A stretch of 64,000 nt of DNA from Octopus vulgaris (taxonomy: Eukaryota), in assembly GCA_951406725.2 (NCBI GenBank), contig OX597820.1:56234001-56298000 (forward strand), in the 5' to 3' direction. Position numbers and translations under genes: made by a program. The stretch's first letter is position 1. Each line of letters opens with the position of its first letter. This document shows positions 14,383 through 27,340 of this stretch, piece after piece. The notes beneath the pieces were generated by a model that was not told the origin of the DNA, made no database searches, and was given only the letters and a program-made list of their open reading frames with translations.

Positions 14383-16704
14383 TTTAACATCCTGTAACAG
14401 ATTTAACATCCTGTAGAGATCATACATCACTGACTGACGACATTTCCGTTGTGTGGAAATTGCGATCAGAAGCAGTTTATCTTTCGAAAACACCTGTTAG
14501 TGAAAAGTTTTGCCTCTCTGTATGCCCTTAATCGAAAGATCATTTACCTCTTTTCTCAGTACGTAAGCACGCACTGAAGTCGAGGATCAAAATCTGTCAA
14601 TCACTTGATGTGTTTTCAGACACGTCCCAAGAACATTAACATATCCAGCGGTGTGCTTGAATGTCACAGAGTTCATAAAGTGAATGCAAACAGTTATTAA
14701 CGAGTTTATTAACTGTCGAACACAATTTAATTTTGTCACTGATCCAGAAGAAATATAAGAAATCATATTGTAACCAAGTTCTAAACACTGAGATCTGTAT
14801 GCACACCTTACAGTGACGTGTGTTAATACCAGGAACCTTCCACAGATTATTACAATAATTACAGAATATTGGACAATCCAGTGCATAATTAGAGTTTGAC
14901 TTGGGATAACAGTTCACTTCCACTAACTGGTCTTGAATCACTGTACACGGTTCGAGAAAACTGAATGCAAGGATGAGCTGTGTTCCTCTGTTACTGAAAA
15001 TCTCTCGATAGATGAGTTTAGCTGGGCTTATGTACTTATTGAATAAGAAATGGACCTTCATTAGTCCATCGGTCCATAACGCAGCGTTCTACTCTATAGG
15101 CTACAAAGCAGCAAGAATGATTGATAAAACCACAAAGTAGAGAGATATGGATAGAATGGACCAAAGAATCCCAGGATTGAGATCAAGAGAAGTGGAACAG
15201 AGGTAGTCAAGTGAGGTAGAAGATAGACCAAATGCATAAGTCACACAGAGTACTACTAACCATCTCTACAAAAATGGCGAAAATGAGCAGCAACAAGCAG
15301 GCAAATTTTATCTTCCCTGTGGCTTTTGTAAGAGATATGCATGAAAAGTATGGCATGCTCAATTTAACAATTCTCTCGGGAATTTGTTCAGGTACTCTTC
15401 TAAAACTGGCTACAATTTACATAAGTTTGTGTTATGGGTGATATAACATAACCTTGGTCTCAGGACCTTTCTCGACTGTTGTATTTGTTTCTCTCCCGTA
15501 GTCCTGATCAGACATACCTTTTATCAAAAATGACATAACAGTGATTATTTCTTTTCGTACTTGCCAACAACAACCTATTATACTAAATTGCTACAATAAG
15601 AATTTGGGTGAACCGAATTGAAGGACTACTCAATCATAAGTTCCTTACAAATTATATTCTTCTACAAGTTCAGTCTCGACATGGACCCGTCCAAGAGCTT
15701 AGTCGTCCTCTGTTCTTACTAGGTTCAATCTTCCGTCCATTTCCTGTCACCAACAATACCTATGCAGAGAAAATTTCAAAGTGAGAACGTCTGAATAACA
15801 GTGTTTCATATGTAAATCACAGAGATCTGTAGTCGAGACGCTGTTGTCGGTTACTATTTAAAAAATAATGAACGTTCGATGGCACAAGAAGCGATGGACA
15901 ATTGTCTTTCACATATATATTAAATAGTGTTGTTATTGACCTGTATAGATAACTGTCTTTCAAATACATATTGGATAGCCTTGTTATTGATTTGTATGAA
16001 AAGAAATACAGAAAAATCACTACAGGAGAGAAACAAATGCAACAACAGTCGAAAATGGGTTGCTGTCAGAAAGGTCCTGACAAAAGTTATATTATATCAC
16101 CCATAACACAACTTATGCAAATTGCAATCAGTTTCAGTGATTTGTATAGAGCTGTTAGCAAATACTAATGTTTCTGCTAGATTCATAACGCGATTTGCGT
16201 AAGAAAGGAGTATTGTCCACCTTAAGAAAATTATCGTAATATAGTTTTTGTAGTTTTTTATCGACCTCACTATTAACAAAGAAATGATTTGGGACTTCAT
16301 TCACAGATTTTATTAAACAAATAAATTTATATTCATCCTGTGTTAGTTTTCTTGAGCACTTCCGTAATACAGAAACGTCCGTAAAAAACACAGTTAGTAC
16401 CCAAATATGTTGTCCAACAATTTAGTTTGTCCGGTCATTATTCTGGCCACCTCGCAGTCTATGATCTTTTTCACCCTGTAACACTTCAATGAAAGAAAAA
16501 AAACGCTTTATCTTTAACCTGGGAACTTCTACTCCTCATGGCCTAAATATACGCCTCAACTTCCTTTGATTCTGCTTTCCATTTTCATCTCCTCCGCTCT
16601 AAAGAGAAATGGTTTTGTTGTTGCATCTTGTACATGTATCTCTACGTGTAAATGTTTGAACATGTACTGCATGGTTGTATATATTGAATGTAGTTCTGTA
16701 TATA

Positions 16705-17032
16705 CTGATACTCTGTCGGTTACAACGATGAGGATTCCAGTTGATCCGATCAACGGAACAAGACTGCTCGTGAAATTAACGTGCATGTGGCTGAGCACTC
16801 CACGGACATGGTGTACCCTTGACGTAGTTCTCAGGGAGATTCAGCGTGACACAGAGTGTGACAAGGCTGGCTTTTTGAAATACAGGTACTACTAGTTTTT
16901 GGCAACTGAGTGGACTGGAGCAACGTGAAATAGAGTGCCTAGCTCAAAGACACAACGCGTCGCTGCGAATTGAACTCACGACGTTGCGATCGTGAGCCGA
17001 ATGCCTTAACCACTAAGCCACACGCCTTCACC
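16705..17032 (-). mobile_element. Family-C tRNA-derived SINE
   Basis: Reverse complement of 38740-39062; A box TGGCTTAGTGG, B box GAGTTCAATTC. Confidence 0.85.
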
Positions 17033-18233
17033 AATTATACATATACTGGACATACATATAACTGCATATAATGTGCAGTTTTACTTATACCTAACATTCG
17101 CTCATCTCCCTACTTCCTCTCATTAACTACTCTACATTTCTATCTCACTGACCTCTGCTCTAAACACCATTCTCGACCACACCTAACTGACACATATTTC
17201 TATATATGTGACAGCTTGATGTCGTTTGGTTAGGTCAGCAAATGATACAAAAATGATGTTATGACTGTTTACTTACAGTGGACAATGTTCCCTTCTTATG
17301 AAAACCGCACTGTGAATCTGATAGCAAAACCATACAATTTTTCACTTCTTTTTATCACATATTACTGCACAATTTCTCCACACTTCCTTCAAGCCATATA
17401 TCACTATATAATTTTCCACCTCTCATTAGCGGCTGAAATTCTCTGCAAGCTCTCTCTACGATCCTCCTCCTCCTCATCCTCCTCCTCCTCATCATCATCA
17501 TCATCATCCCCCTCAATCTCCTCATCCTCCTCTCTGCATCCTCTTGTCTGTTTGCAATGTGCTTTTAATCCTATCTCCCGCTTCACTTGACTATCCCCAT
17601 TCCTCTTCTGTTGACCTCAACCTCGTATTTCTGTGGCCCATTCTATCCCTATCCTCCTGTTACTCCTTACGTGCTCCCTCGCCGTTCAAACAATTCATAC
17701 TACAGCTCACTGGCTTTTAACCCGTTTCTTTTTGCATTACCCATCACGTCGCTCCTTCACTTTATTCATTCTCCTACGATCTAAATGATAATGCTTCTAT
17801 ATATATTCCCTCTTTTTGATAAAAGAAAAACGTCTGAAAAGTCAGTATTTCATTCTCACAGCTAATCCTACCACCGAACTTCAATGGGGACATTCATATA
17901 GATTAATTTTTTGCTGACTCAGATCAGATTCTAGTTTTGACCTGACAGTATTTACTTTCGTCATTTTACAATCTGAACTCCAATCCACACAATGATTATC
18001 AACAGCGCAGTGAGATTGATTAATCGACGAAAACAATTATGAGAAAATTGTGGGGCTTTACGTTGTCGTATGAAATTGCTTCAAATTGAAATTAAGTACA
18101 AACACTTGCTCTTCACTTGAATGGTTGGAGGGAAATAAAAACAATAGCATTAAATAAATTTTGGTGCTGTATTTGTTTTACAAGTCAAATGGGGATATTA
18201 CGAGAGTATTGTTCCCACTTGTTGGACAGTACC

Positions 18234-18468
18234 TATTTCTTTACTACCCACAAGGGGCTAAACACAGAGAGGACAAACAAGGACAGACAAAGGAATTAAG
18301 TCGATTATATCGACCCCCAGTACGTAACTGGTACTTATTTAATCGACCCCGAAAGGACGAAAGGCAAAGTCGACCTCGGCGGAATTTGAACTTAGAACGT
18401 AGTGGCAGACGAAATGTTGCTAAACATTTCGCCCGGCGTGCTAACGTTTCTACCAGCTCGCCGCCTTC
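18234..18468 (-). mobile_element. Full-length family-A SINE with 14-bp TSD
   Basis: Flanked by TGTTGGACAGTACC (18220-18233) and TGTTGGACTGTACC (18469-18482). Confidence 0.92.
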
Positions 18469-21400
18469 TGTTGGACTGTACCGCTATGCACATAAACATC
18501 ACAGGTCGCATCCAGAGAGAGGCCACTCGATTGGCATAAACCACTCACAGGCAAGCTTCAACCCCTGACCCACAGATGTACTATCTCCTCCCTATGACTT
18601 TCTTGCTATTTTTGTAATGTCGGCTGTTCCTGGGAATTGGTTGGACTTGTACCTCTCTTCTTACGTATTCCCAACTCACTCGTCTCTCCTCTTTTTGTCA
18701 CCCCAAACCCTGCTCTAACTACCATGCCTTGTCGTTCCTTTCCGGAACACTCGCCCTTGCTCGTGACTTTCCTACGAATGTCAGTTTAAATGGAATAATA
18801 ACGAACTCAATCTCACCGGTCTTGAAGGACCTTCAAAAAACAATAGGTATTGCTTCTTTCTCCAAACCCAACTGGCAAAAGAAGAAAAAGTGACAAGGAC
18901 CGTGTGTTGAAATTGAGCAAATTACGTTTTGGAAGATATTCCCAGACATTTAAGGTATGCTAAAAAAATATGTCATTTTCCTTCGTTTATTCCTTACTAA
19001 TTTATTTCTTATTTCTTATAGGTGTTTCCTAGAAGGTATGAAAAAGTTTTGCTACATTACGACAGCGGAATTATGTCAGCGACTAGGTGTCAGAAGTAGA
19101 ACAATGAGATAAACGAAAAGTGAATGTAACAGGTTTTGTGTGTTCTTAAATGACTAGACTTGATTTCCATTCTTGAAATTGATTTAATAGATTATACTTC
19201 GGTAACTCATAAAAGTTTGTTAATTTTTACATCACAGTTTTTCGACACTTTGTATTCATAGTCACCTGTTAAGTGATTGCAAAATATTAGTTTCAAATTT
19301 TGGCACATTGCCAGCAGGTTTTTGAAAGGGGTAGGAAATCGATTAAAATGGACCCAGTAACTGACTGGTACTTATTTTATCGATCTCGAAAGGATGAAAG
19401 GCAAAGTCGACTTCAGAACACAAAGACAGACAGAAAATTATTTTTGATTGCAAAATAATAACGTCATCGCATGAAGCTTAAACAAAAGGCCATAAGTATC
19501 GTAAATTGAATATATATCTAGTGTCATATCCATTTGTTTTGAAACACTCATCAAAAATTAGGCCTCACTGTTAGACAGCAAAGCATTTCAGAAGACTTAT
19601 TGAGTATCGATCCGACTAGTTTCGTCTTTCTTAAAACTCGTCTGGATTCACTTAACCTCCTATTTCCTAGCAGTAAGGGGGAAAACTATTTGTTAAGAGG
19701 CATGCAAGTTTACATCATAAGAATTTGTTTAGAAACTTCGAGAGATATGAATAAAAATCTTTTTTTTTTTGCGGTGGAACTCAAAGCAGTCAAGGTTATA
19801 AATAACTGTTCCAGCAATTTCAGGAAAAGGGTAAGTCGATTACATCGATCCCAGTACGCAACTGGTACTTACTTTATTGACCCCGAAAGCTGAAAGACAA
19901 AGTCGACCTCGGTGGAAAACTCAGAACGTAACGAGGACGAAATATTGCTAAGCATTTTGTCCGGTGTGCCACTGATTCTATTAGCTTGCCGCCTTAGATA
20001 AAGTTATAAATAATAGTATGAAGAGGGGGTTAAAAACAAAACCTATGGATTGAAATAAACGAGTAGCCTTTGACTATTTTCTTTCCAACAGGGTTTTAAC
20101 CCAATATTCAACATGTAAATATTAACCCAATATTCAACATGTAAATAATATTTTCAGCGTTATCGTTCGAGTTTCAGCAAAAAAATAAAATAAAATAAAA
20201 TAAAAAAAAAGATTTCTAAAACAAAAATTCTTATGATCTAATTATCTTACAATTCTAGCTGGTAAGCACAAAGCTTCGAAAATGGATGCAGAAATCTTGG
20301 AATGCTGCTTAGGTATGATCGTAGCACGGCCGTCATGATCAGCGATGATGTGCGTTCGTCTCCCACGCACAGTTATTAGCATTTTTCTTCTTCCGAGGGT
20401 TTTTTTTTTAAACCCAATATTCTACATGCTATTTTTACCATAGCTTTACTTCGCATTCCAACGATACATATAAGTGTGTTGATAATACATATAATAATTG
20501 TGTGAAGAGGAGCAACAGAGCTTGGGTTATATACAATAAGAACCGAACGTAAATGACATGCTGACAAATGAGTCTGTATATAAAATAGCTATCACATTTT
20601 CAGGTGAGTTTACATTGAAGTGAGTTCAGGTTGTTTTTTTGTACTGGCCATAAACAAAAAGAATTGAACTTAATACCATCGATAAACCAAACTAAAACTT
20701 TCGATAATTATGCAGTGCTCCAACTGCTAACAGGGGAAAGCGGTGGATGGATCCGCAAATGGTATCGATGATGAGCATTCAGTTCGATCAATTGATTTCC
20801 TACTAAATGAGTATATGTACTCAGTGCATGAAGTGTCATTGTTGAGCCCAAGGCCCAATGAAGAGCCCTCTACAGGAGCTAGCTTAAAAGATTTCAGACC
20901 TTGTGCCTATAGTAGAAAGGAATGAAGGCGGCGAACTAACAGAACCGTTAGTATCCTTAACGGCATTTCTACTGTAGGCCATGTGCCCATCATTGAATGG
21001 ATTGTTATGGGCAACGTTATGCAGAACATATTTCTTTATTTAACAGCTTGGCTAATGTATACAGACCCTCGCTAATTAGGCTGATGGAGCAGAATTTTAA
21101 TTTGTTTTATATATCTTCCCAATCTACATGAAGAGTTATAGGGCTGCTTTTAAGCTAGTTATAAATAAGATTTTTAAAACATAAATATTTTAAGGCGTCA
21201 ATAGTATGATTGAAAGCAAGTTATCTGGGAGTCATAGATAAAGTTCATTGCTTCTCGAATGAATTCAACAGCGTTATTCATTGAGACAAACTCTAAGAAT
21301 CAATCACTTGTTGAAAAATTGAAAAGAAAAAATTGCAAACTCAAAAGTAGCGTAGTTAGGGAGCGAAAGGGCGGTCCTTCCATGACAACGCTTTTATGGA

Positions 21401-21619
21401 GGAAAGACTTTTATGGAGGAAAGAATTTGTATCTAGTACATAAGCCTGTATGGGATGGGTGGGGGACTAAAGGGCCACCCAAAGCGGCACACACTATGGC
21501 TACACCACTGGATTTCCTTATTTTATTTTCATGGTGGCTTCAAAGTGTGTAGAACTGAGAGGGCCCGTAGGTTTCTAAATAAGAGTAGGTTTTTTTTCGT
21601 CATTATTAAATGATAGAGT

Positions 21620-22510
21620 CCATCGAGGTCGACTTTGCCTTCTATCCTTTCGGGGTCGGTAAATTAAGTACCAGTTGCGTACTAGGGTAGATCTAATTGA
21701 CTGTCCCCTACCCCCAAAATTTCGGGCCTTGTGCTTAGAGTAGAAAAGAATTGTTAGCACGCCGGGCAAATGCTTAGCAGCACTTCGTCCGTCTTAACGT
21801 TCTGAGTTCAAATTCCGCCGAGGTCGACTTTGTCTTTCATCCTTTTTCGGGGTCGATAAAATATGTACAAGCTAGGTATTGGAATCAATGTAATCGACTA
21901 GCCTCCTCCCCTAAACTTGCTGGCCTTGGGCCAAAATTTGAAATCCTTATTAAATGATAGAGTGTGACACAATGTGATAATGCAAGACCTTCAAATTACA
22001 GGTAAATCCAGAAAGGGAGAAGAATCGACTCCAATGCTGAAAGGATGAAAGTTAAACTGACTTTAGTGGATTTGAGCTCAGAACATAGAAGTGGGACGAA
22101 TACCACAATACACTATATTCTTTTCTACTCAAGGCACAAAGCCCGAAATTTTGGGGGCGGGGGCCAGTCGATTAGATCGACCCCAGTACGCAACTGGTAC
22201 TTAATTTATAGACCCCAAAAGGAGGAAAGGCAAATTTGAACTCAGAACTCAGAACATAAAGACAGACGAAATACCTATTTCTTTACTACCCACAAGGGGC
22301 TAAACACAGAGAGGACAAACAAGGATAGACAAACGGATTAAGTCGATTATATCGACGCCAGTGCGTAACTGGTACTTACTTAATCGACCCCGAAAGGTTG
22401 AATGGTAAAGTCGACCTCGGCGGAATTTGAGCTCAGAACGTAGCGGCAGACGAAATACCGCTAAGCATTTCGCCCGGTGTGCTAACGTTTCTACCAGCTC
22501 GCCGCCTTCA
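21620..22510. mobile_element. Cluster of family-A SINEs in both orientations
   Basis: Plus copies at ~21620-21945; minus tandem copies at ~22115-22510. Confidence 0.85.
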
Positions 22511-23359
22511 CAAAACACATTATCGAACGCACTAACGATTCTGCCAAATCGCCGTCTTAGTAGTAGGTATCTACGCTAAATCAGATTCTTTAGCTAGGGA
22601 CACTATACAATGTCAAGGGCGAAAAGAGAACCCACCATTTCATTTCGTTCGTAACCAGCTCTTCTGTTGAGATAGTCATCTTTCGCATTCTTGCAGGAAG
22701 CCAAAATATCTGAAAAGCAGAACCGCTACAGAGATACATTGTGCTTAATGTGTGTATAATAGGTATATTCAGCAATTTTTAGAGTCGTGAGATGATATTT
22801 GTGAAAATTGCGGTTGCTATTTCTTAAAATGCGATGAGTTGCTAACACCATCGTTTTAGTTTGTAGACTTCGAGAATATGTTACAAGGGAGAAAACTCTT
22901 CCAAACAAACTGAAATACGAAAATTTATCTTTTTGTCAATGGGAATGGAAAGAAAAACAGAAATTCTTATGTATAAATATAAACAAACATTTGTTTTTTG
23001 TAAACGCTGAAATGTGTATATAGATACAAATAAAACAATTTATTTTCGAACGCAGAGATGCCGTTGGAACAGCAGGAATCTTGGGTAAATTACCTTTACA
23101 AAGCTGATGCTTGACAAATTTTTCTGCTTAGTAAGGATAGTTTGCCCAAGATTCCTGCTCTTGAAAATAAATTATGAGAAATTCTTATAATTTTCCAAAG
23201 TCATGGTTCGATGGAAATGTTTTTATAAAAAGACAGCAGGAAATTTTATTCCAGTCTGTAATCATACAATTCTTACAGAGAGAAATATTTTAGGCCTAAA
23301 TGCACCGCCAATGATGATAATACAGCTCTTCAAAGATGAAAAAAAAAAAAAAACTATAC

Positions 23360-23892
23360 TCAATTTTTGTTCATTATTTACATTTGATGGATATTTCTCC
23401 TCATCTTGTTCGTTTGTTGTTAACACAACATTTCGGCTGATATACCCTCCAGCCTTCATCAGGTGTCTTGGGAAAAAATCGAACTTAAGTTCACATTCCT
23501 AAGGTATCTTTTGATATTATTATTTTTCAGATCACTGCCTGGAATCGAACTCGGAATCTTGGGGGTAGTAGCTCGCGCTCTTAACCTGTATGTCATATAC
23601 CCGTGGGCATTTATAGAGTGAATTTTTGGGCTTATAAATCTAATATTTTCCTATCCTTCTTTAATACCGGTTCCCATATGCTACTCATATCTCCACTCGG
23701 TCTCCTTTGGAGGTTGTTGTGTCCTAACATATGTGCTGCTTCTTTTAGTTTTCGTATTTTCCAGTGGTATTCTATATCTATTATTTTAACTTCATCCCAC
23801 AAGCAACAAACAAGATGAGGACAAATATCCGTCAAATGTAAATAATGTAAATAATGTACATAAATACCTCATCTCTTAAATATAGAACTGTC
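23360..23892 (-). mobile_element. 5'-truncated Penelope-like element with inverted tail copy
   Basis: WDEVKIIDIEYHWKIRKLKEAAHM resembles the C-terminus of a PLE GIY-YIG domain; tail 23365-23420 is repeated in inverted orientation at ~23805-23850, a hallmark of PLE insertions. Confidence 0.75.
23422..23467 (-). ncRNA. Minimal type-I hammerhead ribozyme (degenerate)
   Basis: GACAC-CUGAUGA-A-GGCUG(GAGGGUAUAU)CAGCC-GAAA-UG-UU-GUGUU: both core boxes, stem II and stem I present; stem III palindrome apparently CpG-decayed. Confidence 0.7.
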
Positions 23893-23904
23893 GATTTTTG
23901 TTGT

Positions 23905-23993
23905 CTTCTTCTTCTTCTTCTTCTTCTTCTTCTTCTTCTTCTTCTTCTTCTTCTTCTTCTTCTTCTTCTTCTTCTTCTTCTTCTTCTTCTTCT
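23905..23993. repeat. (CTT)n microsatellite
   Basis: About 29 perfect units. Confidence 0.97.
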
Positions 23994-24284
23994 AATCAGG
24001 GCTCACGCCATTAGCCACAAAGAATAATCTCTAATTCGAGCCTACTCTAAGCTACTAAGAATGCGTGTGGCTAACTTGAAGATCCACCCACCACACGCAA
24101 TAGACTGGCAGTTGGACGGGCGCGAAAGCTACGTTGTTATCCTCATTCCGTAAACGGTGGCTTTTAACGGGTGGAGAGCTGAACCATTATGGGGTACAGA
24201 GGATTCGCAATCTAGACTAGGGTCTGAAAGTTTACTACCACACCATAGTAGGTTACATCATGGTTCCTCTGCTTTTTGACAGAA

Positions 24285-24478
24285 GTAGAAAGAAAGAGTG
24301 AGAGAAAGTTGTGGTGAAAGATTACAGCGGGGTTCACCCCACCCCGCCCCGCCGAAGCCTCGTAGAGCTTAGGTGTTTTTGCTCAATAAACACTCACAAT
24401 GCCCGGTCTGGGAATCGAAACCGCGTTCTTACGACCGCGAGTCCGCTGCCCTAACCACTGGGCCATTGCGCTTCCACT
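24285..24478 (-). mobile_element. Family-D tRNA-derived SINE (partial); relatives at ~28030-28150 (-), ~36628-36882 (+), ~61462-61580 (+)
   Basis: A box TGGCCCAGTGG, B box GTTTCGATTCC, shared AAACACCTAAGCTC segment. Confidence 0.8.
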
Positions 24479-25562
24479 GTTGTTGTTGTTGTTGCTGCTG
24501 CTGGTGTTTAACTTGATTTCAGTTTTGATTGAACACGTGACCAAATGCATTCCAAGGCTGACTTGTACCGATTTGTTTTAGAATTGTTTTTTTTTTCTTT
24601 TTTGTTATTTTTGAAGATGACAAGGTAATTGGTTCTAGAAATGTATTGACCAATGTATCCTTTTTGCTGTTGCTGTTGTTCTAAAAGAAATTCGGATGTT
24701 ATTCAAGGGATTTGGCTGCTATTTCTAACGAGTCAAATATTATAAATTTGGTTAACTCTTCATGTAGATTGGGAAGATATATAAAACAAATTAAAATTCT
24801 GCTCCATCAGCCTAATTAGCGAGGGTCTGTATACATTAGCCAAGCTGTTAGATAAAGAAATATGTTCTGCATAACGTTATCCATAACAATCCTTTCTATG
24901 ATGGGTACATGGCCTTCAGTAGAAATGCCGTTCAGGATACTAACGGTTCTGTTAGTTCGCCGCCTTCATTCCTTTCTACTATAGGCACAAGGTCTGAAAT
25001 CTTGGGCTAGGAGGACTAGTCAATTACCTCGAGCATAGTACATGACTGGTACTTATTTCATCGATCCCGAAAGGATGAAAGGCAAAGTCGACCTCTGCGG
25101 AATTTGAACTCAGAACGTAAAGTCAGACGAAATGCTACTAAGCATTTTCCTTTTTCTGGTGTGCTAACGATTCTGCCAGCTCACCGCCTTAATGTAGTTC
25201 ATGATGATGATGATGATGATGATAATTGAGAAGACAAGAGAAACACCCTCTGTGTAGACTGTGTGGAAACCCATCTGAAACAGTAAAAAATGTAGTTACT
25301 GTGTGTTTAAAACTGGCGGGGAAGTTCAGAAAATGCAATGACAGAGTTACACTGTGAGCACACAGAGATATGCTCTACGTAAGATATGAGCGTCCTTATT
25401 TGCTCATGAAGAAATATTGCTTATAAATTCAGCTGCTGCACCATTGAAAATGTCATATAGTACGTTACCATTCGTTCACGATACAGGATATCTCCCAGAT
25501 TCATCAAACATTTATTGAAAATGTGAGTAAGTAAAAGAGAAAAATTAGGGAGGAAGAGAGAG

Positions 25563-25630
<68 letters not shown>

Positions 25631-25661
25631 GGAGAGGGATAAAGAGAGACAGAGTGAGATA

Positions 25662-25894
25662 AAGGCGGCGAGCTGGCAGAAAGGTTAGCACACCGGGCGA
25701 AATATTTAGTGGTATTTCGTCTGCCGCTACGATCTGAGTTCAAATTTCACCGAGGTCGACTTTGCCTTTCATCTTTTCGGGGTCGATAAATTAAGTACCA
25801 GTTGCGTACGGGGGTCGATATAATCGACTTAATCCATTTGTCTGTCCTTGTTTGTCCCCTCTATGTTTAGCCCCTTGTGGGCAATAAAGAAATA
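25662..25894 (+). mobile_element. Full-length family-A SINE beside (GA)n
   Basis: Complete head to AAAGAAATA tail; TSD-like AGAG[T/A]GAGATAAAG. Confidence 0.9.
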
Positions 25895-26894
25895 AGAGAG
25901 AGATAAAGAGATCTGTAGTGAGAAAGAGAAACGAAATCGTTCAAATAATTATAAAATGATTATGTTTAAATAATTATAATATTCTTTGCGCTAGATAAAA
26001 GGTCATAGAAAGGCTATGAGTGGTCCGTGTGCTGCAAATTGCCTTTCTCTAATCGTTCGTTCAAGTTGCGACAAATAGCAGCTAAGTCTCACTTGAATCA
26101 TATTCAACTATCCTTTAAAAAGAGAAGGGCAAAAGAATTATGAAAATAAAGAAAAATTGCCATGAATAGAATGTCATCAAATTATTTTAGATCTGCTTGA
26201 TCAGGACTAATCTGGCACCAAACAACAGCAAGATTAATTTTGGCTACCGTTTTTGCAACTATTTCGTAACCTTAAATTTCTGCAAGACATTTTTCTTTAA
26301 ATGTACAGCTTTTCATTCATTTTTAAAAGCATTCACAGTAAAATGATGCGAACGCTACTATTTAAAAAATCTCTCTGATGTCCTTCAGCTTATATGTTTC
26401 GTGTAAATACCGACTTTAAAATGTTCAAGCTGAAAATGAGCTGCAAAAATTTCACCAGCTTTCAAAGGACTACAAAAATCACGGATGTTATTTTCTGTCT
26501 GTTACAGAGTTATGCCCCATGGGCATCAAGGGAAGTAACTTTTGTTAGAGAATTGATATTGTTTCTACAACCGTGTTCCCAATCTAAATATGTTTGAGAT
26601 GTATTCGAACTCGTAAGGTCATTCGCTGCATTTTGTCACGGAGAAATATTCTCTGCGGACACCAGCATAATTTCGAAGCGTTCTCTATCCACATCGATAG
26701 AGGCATTCATTTCGAAGTAGTTATTTTTTCGTCAGCATCGAACACTGGAAAGATAGCTACTCCGAAATACATGCATCCATATGCATGAATATGTCTCATT
26801 CATATCTGAATATGTCTAAAACATATTTGAACTGGTAACCAGTGCTTCTAATCCGTATGATACCGTTTCTTTTAGGAGAGGTTAATAAATCCTT

Positions 26895-27340
26895 TGTACT
26901 ATAAGCACTGCCCCATGAATTTGGTGGGGGAGAGTTCTAGACGATTTCATCGACCTCAGTTGACTGATACTTATTTTATCTCCAAAAAGATGAAAGGCAA
27001 AGTCGACCTCAGCGGTATTTCAACTCAGATTCTAAAAACGGATGAAATACCTATTTCTTTATTACCCACGAGGGGCTAAACATAGAGGGGACAAACAAGG
27101 ACAGACATAGGTATTAAGTCGATTACATCGACCCCAGTGCGGAACTGGTACTTAATTTATCGACCCTGAAAGGATGAAAGGCAAAGTCAACCTCGGCGGA
27201 ATTTGAACTCAGAACGTAACGACAGACGAAATACCGCTAAGCATTTCATCCGGCGTGCTAACGTTTCTGCCAGCTCGCCGGATGAAATACCGCTATGCAT
27301 TTCGATCGGCGTGCTATAGATTCTGCCAGCACACTGCATA
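26895..27340 (-). mobile_element. Young family-A SINE (27052-27278) nested in an older family-A SINE
   Basis: 13-bp TSD CGGATGAAATACC at 27039-27051 and 27279-27291. Confidence 0.9.

Noticed and set aside
17404-17586. Acidic 60-aa ORF
   Set aside because: Derived from (TCC)n/(TCA)n low-complexity sequence; no gene structure support.
18161-18568. Recurrent peptide VRNWYLIYRPRKDERQSRPRRNLN in several ORFs
   Set aside because: Antisense translation of the family-A SINE, not a protein family.
20097-20148. Short exact tandem duplication (also ~14380-14415 and ~13543-13665)
   Set aside because: Ordinary slippage duplications with no further structure.
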